Program-made: the position numbers and the translations under genes
Shown here: piece after piece, positions 9,487 through 21,396 of the stretch
Position numbering within the stretch: position 1 is the first letter of the stretch
How the letters are laid out: the number at the start of each line of letters is the position of its first letter
The notes under the pieces: model-generated
What the model was told of the DNA's origin: nothing
Databases searched by the model: none
The model's input: only the letters and a program-made list of their open reading frames with translations
Assembly (NCBI GenBank): GCA_026710545.1
Contig: JAPOQU010000076.1
Location: 6,787 to 70,786 of the forward strand
Origin: Gammaproteobacteria bacterium
Lineage (GTDB): Bacteria; Pseudomonadota; Gammaproteobacteria; Eutrophobiales; Eutrophobiaceae
Direction: 5' to 3'
Length of the DNA: 64,000 bases

Positions 9487-11481
9487 ATACCTTCCAGACG
9501 TCAACTTGCCAATGCAATCAGGGCATTGAGCATGGATGCGGTGCAGCGCGCCAGGTCCGGGCACCCCGGCGCCCCTATGGGCATGGCGGATATCGCCGAG
9601 GTGCTGTGGAACGACTTTCTCAGGTTTAACCCGGCCAATCCCGGCTGGGTCGACCGGGATCGTTTCGTCATGTCCAACGGCCACGGTTCCATGTTGCTGT
9701 ACTCCATCCTGCACCTGTGCGGGTACGACCTTCCTGTCGAGGAATTGAAAAATTTCCGCCAGCTTCATTCGAAAACCCCCGGCCACCCCGAGTACGGTTA
9801 TACCCCCGGCATAGAGACAACGACCGGGCCCCTAGGCCAGGGCCTGGCCAATGCCGTGGGCATGGCTATTGCAGAACGCACCCTGGCGGCCCGGTTCAAC
9901 CGTTCTCCCGGACTGGATATCGTCGATCATTACACGTATGTATCCGTTGGCGACGGCTGCCTGATGGAAGGGATCTCCCACGAAGCCTGTTCGCTGGCGG
10001 GCACCCTGGGCCTGGGCAAACTCATCGTCATCTACGACAGTAATCAAATCTCAATTGATGGTGAAGTAGACGGCTGGTTTACCGAAGACATACCGCAGCG
10101 CTTCAAGGCCTACCGCTGGCATGTGATTCCCGAGGTTGACGGCCATGACCCGGATTCCATACGGCAAGCTGTTATTGAAGCACAGGCAGCCACCGATAAA
10201 CCCAGTATCCTTTGTTGCAATACCGTTATCGGTATGGGGTCGCCCAACAAACAGGGCAAGGCGTCCAGCCATGGCGCGCCCCTGGGAGTGGAGGAAGTGG
10301 CGCTGGTGCGGGAAACCATAGACTGGCCCTGGCCTGAGTTCGAAGTTCCCGATGAGATTTACCGGGGCTGGGATGCCCGGCAACGGGGAGCAGGGCTCGA
10401 AGCGGCCTGGAATGAGAAGTTTTCCATCTACCGGGAGCGTTATCCCGATGACGCGGCCGAGTTCCAACGCCGTGTCTCAGGCGACCTGCCGGAGGACTGG
10501 CGGGAGATGAGCCGGGCTTACATTGAAAACACCCAGCAACAGGCAGAGGCTGTCGCCTCCCGCAAGGCATCACAAAATGCCCTGAATGCCTACGGCCCTG
10601 CCCTGCCGGAACTGATTGGCGGCTCGGCTGACCTGACCGGGTCCAACCTCACTTTATGGCAGGATTCGACGGTCATCAGCCACGAGGTTGCGGATGGAAA
10701 TTACCTCTATTACGGCGTCCGGGAATTTGCCATGGCAGCCATCAACAACGGCCTGGCCCTGCATGGCGGCTTCATCCCCTATGGCGGCACCTTTCTCATC
10801 TTTACCGAGTACGCCCGCAATGCCTTGCGTATGGCGGCCTTGATGAAGCAACGCACTATTTTCGTCCTGACCCATGATTCAATCGGTCTCGGAGAAGACG
10901 GGCCCACACACCAGGCGGTGGAACAGGCCGCGACCTTACGCCTGATCCCGAACATGTCGGTCTGGCGCCCCTGTGACGCAGTGGAAACCGCGGTCGCCTG
11001 GAAGCAGGCGCTGGAAAACAGCGACAACCCCACCGCCCTGCTGTTGTCCCGCCAATCCCTGCCTTGTATGGACCGGACTGCGGAGCAGCTTGACGCCATC
11101 GAACGCGGCGCTTACATACTGGTGGAACCGGAAGCAGGGCCTGACCTGATCATCATCGCCACCGGTTCGGAAGTCGCCATTGCCGCCGCGGCCGCACAGC
11201 GCTTGAACGCGGACGGCCGGCGCGTGCGCGTGGTGTCCATGCCTTCGGCGGACGTTTTCGACGCACAACCTGAACAGTATCGCGAGCAGGTCCTGCCTGC
11301 CGCCTGCCGCCGGCGCGTTGCCGTAGAAGCCGGCATACCCGACTACTGGCGTAAATACGTCGGTCTTGACGGCAGGATTCTCGGGGTGCCGACCTTTGGC
11401 GAATCAGCGCCCGGCAGCGCCGTATTCGATCATTTCGGCATTAACGCAGAAGGGCTGATCCGGCTGGCTCAAACACTGTAA
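9487..11481 (+). CDS. tkt: Transketolase (start assigned to ATA at 9487; see findings)
   Basis: The ORF-track start (TTG at 9526) cuts off the conserved [13 protein letters not shown]. In-frame stop at 9451. AAGGAG at 9474-9479. The rest matches transketolase ([27 protein letters not shown]...). Confidence 0.9.
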   Translation: MPSRRQLANAIRALSMDAVQRARSGHPGAPMGMADIAEVLWNDFLRFNPANPGWVDRDRFVMSNGHGSMLLYSILHLCGYDLPVEELKNFRQLHSKTPGHPEYGYTPGIETTTGPLGQGLANAVGMAIAERTLAARFNRSPGLDIVDHYTYVSVGDGCLMEGISHEACSLAGTLGLGKLIVIYDSNQISIDGEVDGWFTEDIPQRFKAYRWHVIPEVDGHDPDSIRQAVIEAQAATDKPSILCCNTVIGMGSPNKQGKASSHGAPLGVEEVALVRETIDWPWPEFEVPDEIYRGWDARQRGAGLEAAWNEKFSIYRERYPDDAAEFQRRVSGDLPEDWREMSRAYIENTQQQAEAVASRKASQNALNAYGPALPELIGGSADLTGSNLTLWQDSTVISHEVADGNYLYYGVREFAMAAINNGLALHGGFIPYGGTFLIFTEYARNALRMAALMKQRTIFVLTHDSIGLGEDGPTHQAVEQAATLRLIPNMSVWRPCDAVETAVAWKQALENSDNPTALLLSRQSLPCMDRTAEQLDAIERGAYILVEPEAGPDLIIIATGSEVAIAAAAAQRLNADGRRVRVVSMPSADVFDAQPEQYREQVLPAACRRRVAVEAGIPDYWRKYVGLDGRILGVPTFGESAPGSAVFDHFGINAEGLIRLAQTL

Positions 11482-11505
11482 CGATAATACCTGGAGCAAT
11501 ACATA

Positions 11506-12519
11506 ATGACTATAAACGTAGGAATCAACGGCTACGGCAGAATTGGACGGAACATTTTACGAGCGCTGTACGAGAGCGGCCGCACGGATGAAATCCGCAT
11601 CGTTGCGGTCAACGACCTGGGGGATGCCGAGACCAATGCCCACCTGACCCGTTACGACACCGCCCATGGCAAGTTTCCCGGAACGGTAGCGGTAGACGGC
11701 GACTATATGCTGGTCAACGGCGACCGCATCCGGGTCCTGTCGGAACGGGACCCGGCAAAGCTGCCCTGGGACGAACTGGGCGTGGACGTCGTCCATGAAT
11801 CCACCGGTTTCTTCGCCAGCAAGGAAAAAGCCGGCGCCCACCTGCAGGGAGGGGCAAAAAAAGTCATTATTTCCGCGCCCGGCGGCAAAGATGTCGATGC
11901 AACCATCGTTTTCGGCGTCAACCATGACGTTCTGAAAAAAACGGATACGGTCATCTCCAATGCCTCCTGTACCACCAATTGCCTGGCCCCGGTGGTCAAG
12001 GTGCTGCACCAACACATAGGCGTGGAAAACGGCATCATGACCACGATCCATGCCTATACCAACGACCAGGTGCTGACCGACGTGTATCACTCCGACCTGC
12101 GGCGCGCCCGTTCCGCCACCCTGTCCATGATTCCGACAAAAACCGGGGCGGCGGCGGCCGTGGGCCTGGTCATGCCGGAGTTGAACGGCAAACTGGATGG
12201 CTATGCAGTGCGCGTGCCGACCATCAATGTCTCAGTGGTGGACCTGACTTTCCGGGCAGCCCGTGATACCTCCCACGAAGAGATTGACGGGATCATGCAG
12301 GCGGCTGCAGACGGTCCGTTGAACGGTATCCTGGCCTGTAACAAGGCGCCGCTGGTCTCCATCGACTTCAACCATGATCCGGCGTCAGCCACGTACGACA
12401 ACTCATTGACCAAGGTCATCGAAGGCAGAACGGTTAAGGTGGTTGCCTGGTACGATAACGAGTGGGGCTTCTCCAACCGCATGCTCGATACGACGATTGC
12501 GCTGATGAACGCCGGTTAG
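11506..12519 (+). CDS. gap: Glyceraldehyde-3-phosphate dehydrogenase, type I
   Basis: [10 protein letters not shown]...[12 protein letters not shown]...[11 protein letters not shown]. Confidence 0.95.
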   Translation: MTINVGINGYGRIGRNILRALYESGRTDEIRIVAVNDLGDAETNAHLTRYDTAHGKFPGTVAVDGDYMLVNGDRIRVLSERDPAKLPWDELGVDVVHESTGFFASKEKAGAHLQGGAKKVIISAPGGKDVDATIVFGVNHDVLKKTDTVISNASCTTNCLAPVVKVLHQHIGVENGIMTTIHAYTNDQVLTDVYHSDLRRARSATLSMIPTKTGAAAAVGLVMPELNGKLDGYAVRVPTINVSVVDLTFRAARDTSHEEIDGIMQAAADGPLNGILACNKAPLVSIDFNHDPASATYDNSLTKVIEGRTVKVVAWYDNEWGFSNRMLDTTIALMNAG

Positions 12520-12545
12520 CAGGGGCACGCCATCGGCGGATAAAT

Positions 12546-13742
12546 ATGAGCGCTGAGTTCATTACCCTGGATGACCTTGACCCGGCACAAAAGACAGTCC
12601 TTATCCGTGCCGATTTCAATGTGCCGGTAAGCGCCGGCATCATCCAGGACGACACGCGTATCCGGGCCTGCCTGCCTACGCTGAAGCGTCTGGTTGCCGC
12701 GCCGGCCGCCGTCATCCTGGTTTCCCACCTGGGACGCCCCAGGGAAGGACACTATGACGACAGTTACACCCTGGCGCCCGTTGCCGGGCGCGTCTCCGAC
12801 CTGATGCAACAGGAGGTGTCCCTGGTCCGCTCCTGGGAGGACGGTGTTTCGGTACGGCCCGGGGAACTGGTGATGCTGGAAAACATCCGCTTTATTCCAG
12901 GGGAAAAAAGTAACGATGATGAACTTGCCAGGCGGCTGGCGGGCCTGTGCGATATTTACGTCAACGATGCGTTTGCCACGGCCCACCGCGCCCAGGCTTC
13001 GACCCACGGCGTGGCAAAATATGCACCCGTTTCCTGTGCCGGCCCCTTGTTGTTAAGCGAAATAGAGACCCTGTCAACTGCCCTGGAACAGCCTGCCCGC
13101 CCCATGGCGGCTATCGTCGGCGGCGCGAAAGTCTCCACGAAACTGACCGTGTTGACTAACCTGATCAAAAAAGTGGATCAGCTACTCGTAGGCGGCGGGA
13201 TTGCCAACACGTTCCTGAAGGCCGCCGGGTGTGAGGTCGGCACCTCTCTTCATGAGCCGGAACTGGTCGGCGCCGCTGCGGATATTCTTGCCTATGCGGA
13301 AGAACACAACAAGACTATCCCCCTGCCGGTGGACGCAGTCTGTGCAAAAGCCATGGCGGAAGACGCGCAGGCGGAAGTCAAATCCCTGGCGAAGGTCCTG
13401 CCCGACGATAAAATTCTGGATATCGGGCCCAAGACAATCGAAGCGAATGACCGCATTATCCGTTCCGCCGCATCGATCGTGTGGAACGGCCCTGTCGGTG
13501 TATTCGAGCTTGAACAGTTCGCTGCCGGTACCGACGCCCTGGCCAGGGCCATTGCCGCAAGTCCGGGGTTATCCATCGCCGGTGGCGGCGATACCCTGTC
13601 GGCCATTGCCCGGTTCGGCGTCGCTGATGGAATTTCATGCATTTCCACCGGCGGCGGCGCATTCCTGGAATTGCTGGAGGGGCAAACACTGCCTGCCGTT
13701 GCCGTGTTGCAGGACGCGGCCCGCGCCTTACATAAAGCATGA
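12546..13742 (+). CDS. pgk: Phosphoglycerate kinase
   Basis: From the ATG at 12546: MSAEFITLDDLDPAQKTVLIRADFNVP... plus GGGDT and STGGGAFLE motifs. Confidence 0.95.
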   Translation: MSAEFITLDDLDPAQKTVLIRADFNVPVSAGIIQDDTRIRACLPTLKRLVAAPAAVILVSHLGRPREGHYDDSYTLAPVAGRVSDLMQQEVSLVRSWEDGVSVRPGELVMLENIRFIPGEKSNDDELARRLAGLCDIYVNDAFATAHRAQASTHGVAKYAPVSCAGPLLLSEIETLSTALEQPARPMAAIVGGAKVSTKLTVLTNLIKKVDQLLVGGGIANTFLKAAGCEVGTSLHEPELVGAAADILAYAEEHNKTIPLPVDAVCAKAMAEDAQAEVKSLAKVLPDDKILDIGPKTIEANDRIIRSAASIVWNGPVGVFELEQFAAGTDALARAIAASPGLSIAGGGDTLSAIARFGVADGISCISTGGGAFLELLEGQTLPAVAVLQDAARALHKA

Positions 13743-13787
13743 GCCATAAACCCGCAGGCCCACCCCGATTAACGTGAACCGATAAAG

Positions 13788-15230
13788 ATGCGCAGGACAA
13801 AAATCATCGCCACCCTGGGTCCCGCCACGGACAACCCGGGGATGATGGAAAAAATGGTTGATGCCGGTGTGGACCTGTTCCGTATCAATTATTCCCACCA
13901 GACCCACCTGGAACACCGGGAAAGGGCCCGCGCACTGCTGGATATCACCGGCAAAAAAGGCCTGGAGATCGGTCTCATAGCGGATCTGCAAGGCCCCAAG
14001 ATCAGGATCCGGCGTTTTCAAAACGGCAGGATCCTGCTGAGGGAAGGGGACGATTTCACGCTCGACCCGTCGTTACCGGACGCGGCGGGTGATGAAACAC
14101 AGGTAGGCGTCACATACCGGGCACTGGCCCGGGACGTAGACCCCGGCGGCGTTTTGCTGCTCGATGACGGGCGCATTATCCTGGAAGTGGTCAGCGTGAT
14201 TAAAACGAAGGTGCGCTGCAAGGTGCTTCTGGGCGGGAAACTGTCGGATAACAAGGGCATCAACCTGAAAGGCGGCGGCCTCTCCGCGGGCGCCCTGACC
14301 AGAAAAGACCACAAGGACCTGCAACACGGAGTTGAAATCGGCGCCGATTATTTTGCCGTTTCCTTTGCCAGCAGCGCCGCCGATATTGAGCAGGCCCGCT
14401 CGCTGCTGCAGAAAGCCGGGTCGAACGCCGGGATCATTGCAAAATTTGAACGGCAGGAGGCGCTGGAAAATGCCGACGCCATAATCGAGGCGGCCGACGC
14501 CATCATGATTGCCCGCGGCGACCTGGGCGTTGAAATAGGCGATGCGTCCCTGCCGGCGGTACAGAAAAAGCTCATCACACAAGCCCAGGACATGGATCGC
14601 CCGGTAATCACCGCAACACAAATGATGGAATCCATGATTTACAACCCGGTTCCCACGCGCGCGGAAGTATTCGACGTGGCCAACGCCATCCTGGACGGCA
14701 CGGATGCGGTCATGCTGTCCGGCGAGACAAGTATCGGCAAGTTTCCTGACCGGGTAGTCCAGGCCATGGCCCGTATCTGCGAGGAAACGGAAAAACAAAA
14801 GGAAACCCGCGAATCACACCACCGCATCAGCCAGGAATTCAAGCGCGTAGACGAAGCAATCGCCATGTCCACAATGTATGCGGCCAACCATATCAAAGCC
14901 AGGGCAATCGCCGCCTTGACGGAAACGGGCTCGACCTGCCTGTGGATGTCCCGTATCAGTTCCGGGATTCCCATCCTGGCATTTACCCGCCACGCATCCA
15001 CCATGCGCAAGGTAAGATTGTACCGTGATGTCTACCCCATACACTTTGATATTACCCATACCGATCCGTTGGAAGCAAACAAGGAAATCATCGACGTACT
15101 GCTCAGGCGCAAGCTGGTCGGCAAAGGTGATATAGTCCTGGTCACGAAGGGCGACCTCAGGGGTCATCGCGGCGGCACCAATAACCTGAAAATCATCCGG
15201 GTAGGAGAAACAACCGAGCAACTGACTTAA
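13788..15230 (+). CDS. pyk: Pyruvate kinase
   Basis: MRRTKIIATLGPAT...IMIARGDLGVEIG...MLSGETSIGKFP. Confidence 0.95.
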   Translation: MRRTKIIATLGPATDNPGMMEKMVDAGVDLFRINYSHQTHLEHRERARALLDITGKKGLEIGLIADLQGPKIRIRRFQNGRILLREGDDFTLDPSLPDAAGDETQVGVTYRALARDVDPGGVLLLDDGRIILEVVSVIKTKVRCKVLLGGKLSDNKGINLKGGGLSAGALTRKDHKDLQHGVEIGADYFAVSFASSAADIEQARSLLQKAGSNAGIIAKFERQEALENADAIIEAADAIMIARGDLGVEIGDASLPAVQKKLITQAQDMDRPVITATQMMESMIYNPVPTRAEVFDVANAILDGTDAVMLSGETSIGKFPDRVVQAMARICEETEKQKETRESHHRISQEFKRVDEAIAMSTMYAANHIKARAIAALTETGSTCLWMSRISSGIPILAFTRHASTMRKVRLYRDVYPIHFDITHTDPLEANKEIIDVLLRRKLVGKGDIVLVTKGDLRGHRGGTNNLKIIRVGETTEQLT

Positions 15231-15386
15231 AGAGGTTACGGTGGATGAAAGATAATCAGCAAAACGTTCAACCCGGAAATGCCCTGATCTTCACCACAGG
15301 GCCTGCCCTGCGCTTCCTTGATCATGATATTTTTCAGGTTTTGCCCTACAATTCAGTCAACAACTCAAGCATGGGAGTAAGTCTGT

Positions 15387-16415
15387 ATGAGCGATATGAA
15401 GCAGCAAATGGCGCAAACGGCCGCAGCAATGGTGGCACAGGGCAAGGGCATACTTGCCATAGACGAAAGCACGCCGACTATTAAAAAACGTTTCGATACC
15501 ATCGAGATCGAATCCACGGAGGAAAGCCGGCGCAGCTACCGGGAATTACTGATCACGGCATCAGGCAGTGAGGAGTTCATCAGCGGCATGATCCTGTTCG
15601 ATGAAACCTTGCGGCAACAGACGCGGGATGGCGTTCCGTTTCCGGAGATCATGGTCGATAGAGGGATCATGCCCGGCATAAAAGTGGACAAGGGCGCCAA
15701 GGACCTCGCCGGACATCCCGGTGAAAAGGTGACCGAAGGCCTGGACGGGCTGCGCGATCGCCTGTCCGAATATCGCGACCTGGGCGCACGCTTCGCCAAG
15801 TGGCGCGCAGTGATCACGATCGGCGACCATATCCCGAGCAACGCGTGTATCGAAGCCAACGCCCACGCGCTGGCCCGTTACGCGGCGTTATGCCAGGAAG
15901 CCGGCATCGTGCCCATGGTGGAACCCGAGGTGCTGATGGACGCCGACAACGATATCGATGTCTGTTACTGGGCCACGGAAAAGACCCTGAGATCGGTCTT
16001 CAACGCCCTCAACAACCAGGGCGTGGCGCTGGAATATACCATCCTGAAGACCAACATGGTCGTTTCCGGGAAAAAGTGTTCCATCCAGGCGTGCGTACAG
16101 GAGGTGGCCGACAAAACAGTGCGCTGCCTGTTGAACACGGTCCCCGCGGCGCTGGCGGGTATCGTGTTTCTGTCCGGCGGCCAGAGCGCAACCCTGGCAA
16201 CGGCGCACCTGAATGATATGAACCGGCGTTATAATAACCTGCCCTGGCCGCTCAGCTTCTCCTACGGGCGCGCCCTGCAGGAACCCTGCCTGAAGACCTG
16301 GTCCGGTAAAGCGGAAAACTACGATGCGGCCCAGGCCGCGCTGCTGCACAGGGAGAAATGCAACAGCCTGGCCTGCCTGGGGCAGTACACGGATGACCTG
16401 GAAAAAGCCGCCTGA
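15387..16415 (+). CDS. fba: Fructose-bisphosphate aldolase, class I
   Basis: QGKGILAIDESTPTIKKRF...LSGGQS...LSFSYGRALQ is the class I (Schiff-base) aldolase pattern. Confidence 0.9.
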   Translation: MSDMKQQMAQTAAAMVAQGKGILAIDESTPTIKKRFDTIEIESTEESRRSYRELLITASGSEEFISGMILFDETLRQQTRDGVPFPEIMVDRGIMPGIKVDKGAKDLAGHPGEKVTEGLDGLRDRLSEYRDLGARFAKWRAVITIGDHIPSNACIEANAHALARYAALCQEAGIVPMVEPEVLMDADNDIDVCYWATEKTLRSVFNALNNQGVALEYTILKTNMVVSGKKCSIQACVQEVADKTVRCLLNTVPAALAGIVFLSGGQSATLATAHLNDMNRRYNNLPWPLSFSYGRALQEPCLKTWSGKAENYDAAQAALLHREKCNSLACLGQYTDDLEKAA

Positions 16416-16430
16416 CGGTGCTGCGTTTAC

Positions 16431-16730
16431 GTGACGGCACCAGTCGCTGAAGACCTCAACCCGGCAACCGCGGCGGCCTGGCAAGCCTACCGGTCCATGT
16501 GTTCCAGCAAGGATGACTATTTCTCCTTGCTGCAGGCCCTGGATGAAAAATACAAAAGCGGCGGCGAGCCCGGCATTGCCGAAAACCTGAGACTTGAAAA
16601 GCTGCTGAGTGAACACGACCGGAAAGTAAAACAATTCAACCAGGCCGTGGCCGCCATCACCGATCCCGGAGCGAAGCAGCAACTTGTGGAACTTCTTAAG
16701 GTTGCAGCCGATAACAAAGACAGGCACTGA
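16431..16730 (+). CDS. Small helical hypothetical protein
   Basis: 99-aa ORF with a GTG start, in the gap between fba and the aminotransferase. No recognisable motif. Confidence 0.35.
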   Translation: MTAPVAEDLNPATAAAWQAYRSMCSSKDDYFSLLQALDEKYKSGGEPGIAENLRLEKLLSEHDRKVKQFNQAVAAITDPGAKQQLVELLKVAADNKDRH

Positions 16731-16763
16731 AATCGTCAGCTGCCCTGTCCCCATCGTCGACGG

Positions 16764-17942
16764 ATGCAAAACCCTGATATGACCAGGCACAGCCGCAGGA
16801 TGGGCGCGGTCCAGTCCCCGGTCGTGCCCGTGGTGGCCGACCTGATCAGGGCGACGCCCGGCACCATTTCGCTGGGTCAGGGGGTGGTCTGTTACGGTCC
16901 GCCGGACTCGGCCCTGCATAACGTTCTGGCGCACGCGGGTGAACTGAACCAGTATTATGGTCCCGTGGAAGGCATCCCGGAGCTTGCCGGCAGGTTGAAA
17001 GATAAGCTGCGTACCGAGAATGATATCCACATTGATGAAGGACGATCCCTGGTTATCAGCGCGGGCGCCAATATGGGTTTTCTGAACGCGCTGTTCGCCA
17101 TCACCGACCCCGGCGCTGAGGTCATACTGCCGACACCCTACTACTTCAACCATGAAATGGCTGTGAGGATGTTGAACTGTGAACCGGTTTGCGTTGATAC
17201 CGATCAGCATTTCCAGATCACCCCGGAGGCTGTTGCTGCGGCGCTGACGCCGCGCACCGCGGCGGTCGTCACCATATCGCCGAATAATCCCAGCGGCGCC
17301 GTGTACCCGGAACAATCGTTACGGGCAATCAACGAGTTGTGCCGGGAACGGGGGGTTTACCATATCAGCGACGAAGCGTATGAATACTTCGTTTACGACG
17401 ACCAGGCGCACTTTTCCCCCGCCAGCCTGGATGGTTCGGACCGGCACACCATCTCCCTGTTTTCCCTGTCCAAGGCCTACGGTTTTTCGTCCTGGCGCAT
17501 CGGTTACATGCTGATTCCCGCACACCTGCACGAAGCCGTGAGGAAGGTACAGGACACCAACCTGATCTGCCCGCCGCTGGCCTCCCAGTACGCGGCGCTG
17601 GGCGCGCTGGAGGCAGGCCGGGAATACTGCATTGACAGGATCAGGCAGATCGCGCGTAACCGTATGTTTGTACTCGATGAGTTGAAAAAACTGGACTGCC
17701 TCGACGGCGCCGTGCGCTCCGACGGCGCGTTTTATACATTCCTGCGTCTCAGGACGGGGTTGTCCGATATGGATATTGTCAAGCGGCTTGTGCAGGAATT
17801 CAAAATAGCGGTGATGCCCGGCAGCGCTTTCGGCATGGACCGGGGCTGCTACCTCAGGATCTCCTACGGGGCCCTGGATGAAGCAACGCTGGTAGAGGGC
17901 ATGCACAGGCTGACCGGCGGTCTGCGCGCGATTGCCGGCTGA
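16764..17942 (+). CDS. Pyridoxal-phosphate-dependent aminotransferase (class I/II)
   Basis: 392 aa. NNPSGAVY...FSLSKAYGFSSWRIGYM contains the PLP-lysine motif. Confidence 0.85.
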   Translation: MQNPDMTRHSRRMGAVQSPVVPVVADLIRATPGTISLGQGVVCYGPPDSALHNVLAHAGELNQYYGPVEGIPELAGRLKDKLRTENDIHIDEGRSLVISAGANMGFLNALFAITDPGAEVILPTPYYFNHEMAVRMLNCEPVCVDTDQHFQITPEAVAAALTPRTAAVVTISPNNPSGAVYPEQSLRAINELCRERGVYHISDEAYEYFVYDDQAHFSPASLDGSDRHTISLFSLSKAYGFSSWRIGYMLIPAHLHEAVRKVQDTNLICPPLASQYAALGALEAGREYCIDRIRQIARNRMFVLDELKKLDCLDGAVRSDGAFYTFLRLRTGLSDMDIVKRLVQEFKIAVMPGSAFGMDRGCYLRISYGALDEATLVEGMHRLTGGLRAIAG

Positions 17943-17957
17943 ACAAACGGGATCGGC

Positions 17958-18752
17958 CTACCTGCCCCGTTTCGACCAGCGCCGCGCAGCATTCTCCAGC
18001 TGATTATCCTGCCCATGGCCCTGCGGCCAACGGCTCACCCGCCTGGTCATGCGTTTGGAGCCGTGGGCCTTATGGAACAGCGTGACGTTCCCGGCCTTGA
18101 AGAACGGGATCAGCGCCATGCCGGCGACAAAGCCGCCTATGTGGGCAAACCAGGCCACCCCTCCTCCTTCCGACGAGGTGACTGCGGAACTGACCAACTG
18201 TATGGCGAACCACAGGCCCAGCACCCATATTGCCGGCAGCCTGACCAGTTGCAGGAAAAAACCCAGGGGGATGAGAACCAGCACTCTGGCGCGGGGATAA
18301 AGTATCAGGTACGCGCCCAGCACCCCTGATATCGCGCCGCTGGCGCCGATCATGGGAATCTCGGAGGCCGGGTTCTGCAGTACCTGGCCGAACACGGCCG
18401 CGACTCCGCACAGCAGGTAAAACACGATAAACCGCTTGTGGCCCATCGCGTCTTCCACGTTGTTGCCGAAGATCCACAGGTACAGCATGTTGCCGGCCAG
18501 GTGCATGAAGCCGCCGTGCAGGAACATGGAGGTAAACACGGTCACGGTGGGCGGGACGACAGCCAGTTCCACCGGCAGCGTTGCCTTGTTCAACAGTACT
18601 GCCGGGATAACGCCCAGGGCATAGACGGACGCCTGGTAGCCCTGCGAACCCAGGGACATCTGCCACAGGAACACCAGCACGCAGGCCGCGATGAAGGTCA
18701 CGGTCAGGACGGGAAAGATATGCGTCGGGTTGTCGTCGTGCAGGGGAATCAT
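17958..18752 (-). CDS. Rhomboid-family intramembrane serine protease
   Basis: HGGFMHLAGNMLYLWIFG...GASGAISGVLGAY...AHIGGFVAG are the rhomboid catalytic Ser/His motifs. Confidence 0.85.
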   Translation of the reverse strand: MIPLHDDNPTHIFPVLTVTFIAACVLVFLWQMSLGSQGYQASVYALGVIPAVLLNKATLPVELAVVPPTVTVFTSMFLHGGFMHLAGNMLYLWIFGNNVEDAMGHKRFIVFYLLCGVAAVFGQVLQNPASEIPMIGASGAISGVLGAYLILYPRARVLVLIPLGFFLQLVRLPAIWVLGLWFAIQLVSSAVTSSEGGGVAWFAHIGGFVAGMALIPFFKAGNVTLFHKAHGSKRMTRRVSRWPQGHGQDNQLENAARRWSKRGR

Positions 18753-18776
18753 TGAATCGGGAAATCCGGTTGTCTT

Positions 18777-19673
18777 CTATCTGTCCAGCAACCTGTCCTG
18801 GGCTTCCTTGTATTTGGCTGCCGTCTGGCGGGTCACTTCCCCGGGCAATGCCGGGCCGGGCGCCTGTTTGTTCCAGTCCAGGGTTTCAAGGTAGTCCCGC
18901 ACGTACTGCTTGTCGAAACTGGGGGGGCTGATGCCGGTGCGGTAGGAATCAGCCGGCCAGAAGCGGGATGAATCGGGGGTCAAAACCTCATCGATCAGGT
19001 ATAGCTCCCCGTTCCCGTCAAAGCCGAATTCAAGCTTGGTGTCGGCAATGATAATGCCCCTTTCGGCGGCATATTCCGCTGCCTGCCGATAGATCGTGAG
19101 ACTGAGCGAACGCACCTTTTCGGCCAGGTCGGCGCCCAGCAGTGAAACGGTCTCCGCAAAGCTGATGTTTTCATCGTGCTCCCCCGCTTCCGCCTTGGTG
19201 GACGGCGTGAATATCGGTTCCGGCAACTGTTGCGCCTGTTGCAGACCGGCCGGCAATTCGATGCCGCAGACCGTGCCGCTGCGCTGGTAATCCTTCCAGC
19301 CGGAGCCGATGATATACCCGCGCACGATGGCTTCTACCGGCAGGGGGGCCAGTTTTTTGACCACGATGGCGCGGCTTTCCAGTTGCCCGACTTCATCCTC
19401 CCGCAGGCCGGCGGACTCAAGGCTGCGGCCGGTCAGGTGGTTGCCGATCAGGTTTTGCGTCCTGGCGAACCAGAAATTGGACACCGTGGTCAGGACGCTG
19501 CCCTTGCCGGGGATCGGATCCGGCAGCACCACGTCGAAGGCGGAAATACGATCGCTGGTGACGATCAGCAGGTGGCCGTCATCAACATCGTAGATATCAC
19601 GGACCTTGCCCCGGTTCACCAGGGGCAGGCTGCCGATTGTTGATTGGAAAAGTGCGGCGTTTTGATCTGTCAT
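18777..19673 (-). CDS. purC: SAICAR synthetase
   Basis: [29 protein letters not shown]...[10 protein letters not shown]. Confidence 0.95.
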   Translation of the reverse strand: MTDQNAALFQSTIGSLPLVNRGKVRDIYDVDDGHLLIVTSDRISAFDVVLPDPIPGKGSVLTTVSNFWFARTQNLIGNHLTGRSLESAGLREDEVGQLESRAIVVKKLAPLPVEAIVRGYIIGSGWKDYQRSGTVCGIELPAGLQQAQQLPEPIFTPSTKAEAGEHDENISFAETVSLLGADLAEKVRSLSLTIYRQAAEYAAERGIIIADTKLEFGFDGNGELYLIDEVLTPDSSRFWPADSYRTGISPPSFDKQYVRDYLETLDWNKQAPGPALPGEVTRQTAAKYKEAQDRLLDR

Positions 19674-19713
19674 TTCAACTCCTCCAGGTTGTATCTCTCC
19701 ACGGTGTTTTCTG

Positions 19714-21396
19714 TCACCGGTTGCTTATTTTCGCCCAGCTATCGCGCAACGTCACGATGCGGTTGAATACCGGTTTGCCGGCCTGCCGGCCATCCCTGTC
19801 CGCGCAGAAATACCCCAGGCGTTCAAACTGAAACCTCTCGCCCGGTTGTGCCGGCGCCAGGTCCGGTTCGGTAAGGCAATGGTCAAGAGTCTCCAGGGAA
19901 GCCGGGTTGATATAGGCCTTCCAGTCTTGCTCGCCCCGGTCGGGATTGGCGACGGAAAACAGCCTGTCATAGAGCCTTATCTCTGCTGCGCGGCCGTGTT
20001 TTGCCGATACCCAGTGGATTGTCCCCTTGACCTTGCGGCCATCAGGCGCGTTTCCGCCCCGTGTGGCCGGGTCATAGCTGCAACGTAATTCCAGCACCTC
20101 GCCGGTTTGTTCATCCTTTATCACCTCGTTGCAGGTAATGAAATAAGCATAGCGCAAGCGCACCTCACGGCCAGGCGCCAGGCGGAAAAACTTTTTCGGC
20201 GCATCTTCCATGAAATCATCCCGCTCGATGTAGATCACCTTGCTGAACGGGACCTTACGCGTGCCCATGGCCGGGTCCTGTGGATGATTGGCGGCATCCA
20301 GCAACTCTTCCTCATCATCGGGATAGTTATCGATCACGACCTTCAGCGGCCGCAAAACCGCCATACGGCGCGGCGCTGAGGCGCCCAGTTCGTCCCTGAT
20401 CACGTGTTCCAGCACCCCCGCGTCAATATAGGTATCGCTCTTGGTCAAACCGATTCGCTCGCAGAAGTCGCGTATGGATTCAGGGGTGAACCCCCGCCGC
20501 CGCAGGCCGGATATGGTGGGCATGCGCGGGTCGTCCCAACCATCCACGTGCCCGTCCTCGACCAGTTCGATCAGCTTGCGTTTGCTCAGTACCGTGTATT
20601 CAAGGTTGAGGCGGGCGAATTCATACTGGTACGGGCGCGCCGGGGTATCCAGGTTGTCGATAAACCAGTCGTACAGGGGACGGTGGTCCTCGAATTCCAG
20701 GCTGCATAACGAGTGGGTGACGTGTTCCAGCGCATCCGACAGGCACTGGGTGAAATCGTACATGGGATAGATACACCAGGCATCGCCGGTACGGTAATGG
20801 CTGGTCCTGCGGATCCGGTAGATAACCGGGTCGCGCATATTCAGGTTGGCCGCCTGCATGTCGATTTTCGCCCTGAGCACATGCTCACCGTCGCCAAATT
20901 CTCCGTCTTTCATCCCGTGGAACAACTCCAGGTTCTCGGCTACCGGCCGGTTCCGGTAGGGGCTGTCGGCCCCCGGTTCCGTCAGGGTGCCGCGGTACTG
21001 CCTGATCTGCTCCGCGCTCATGCTGTCCACGTAGGCCTTGCCCTGCTCGATCAGTTCGATCGCAAATTCGAACAGCCGCGCAAAATAATCCGAGGCAAAA
21101 AACAACCTGTCCTCCCAGTCAAACCCGAGCCAGCGCACGTCTTCCCGGATGGCGTCGACGTATTTCATGTCCTCCTTCTCCGGGTTGGTGTCGTCAAAAC
21201 GCAGGTTGCATTTTCCCCGGTATTCCGCCGCCATGCCGAAGTTCAGGCATATCGCCTTGGCATGGCCGATATGCAGGAAGCCGTTGGGTTCCGGCGGGAA
21301 GCGCGTGTGGATGCCCTCGGGGTAACGGCCCCGGGCGAGGTCATCTTCGATAATCCTGCGGATAAAATGTGTCGGTGTTGAGCTTTCCATCCGCAT
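19714..21396 (-). CDS. glnS: Glutamine--tRNA ligase
   Basis: [17 protein letters not shown] (HIGH) and VLSKRKL (KMSKS-like), 560 aa. The ATG overlaps the upstream stop by 1 nt. Confidence 0.95.
   Translation of the reverse strand: MRMESSTPTHFIRRIIEDDLARGRYPEGIHTRFPPEPNGFLHIGHAKAICLNFGMAAEYRGKCNLRFDDTNPEKEDMKYVDAIREDVRWLGFDWEDRLFFASDYFARLFEFAIELIEQGKAYVDSMSAEQIRQYRGTLTEPGADSPYRNRPVAENLELFHGMKDGEFGDGEHVLRAKIDMQAANLNMRDPVIYRIRRTSHYRTGDAWCIYPMYDFTQCLSDALEHVTHSLCSLEFEDHRPLYDWFIDNLDTPARPYQYEFARLNLEYTVLSKRKLIELVEDGHVDGWDDPRMPTISGLRRRGFTPESIRDFCERIGLTKSDTYIDAGVLEHVIRDELGASAPRRMAVLRPLKVVIDNYPDDEEELLDAANHPQDPAMGTRKVPFSKVIYIERDDFMEDAPKKFFRLAPGREVRLRYAYFITCNEVIKDEQTGEVLELRCSYDPATRGGNAPDGRKVKGTIHWVSAKHGRAAEIRLYDRLFSVANPDRGEQDWKAYINPASLETLDHCLTEPDLAPAQPGERFQFERLGYFCADRDGRQAGKPVFNRIVTLRDSWAKISNR

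Noticed and set aside
15245-15484. 79-aa ORF upstream of and overlapping the fba start
   Set aside because: It overlaps the well-supported fba start, has no motif, and has no RBS context better than that of fba.
11506-16415. tkt-gap-pgk-pyk-fba block as something unusual
   Set aside because: As I recall, this gene order is a known conserved arrangement in several gammaproteobacterial lineages. Only the tkt start codon is odd.
15888-17315. 475-aa ORF on the minus strand spanning the fba 3' end, the small ORF and the aminotransferase 5' end
   Set aside because: It is antisense to well-supported genes. The composition is Arg/Gly/His/Val-rich and low complexity, typical of shadow ORFs in GC-rich DNA. 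No motif is visible.
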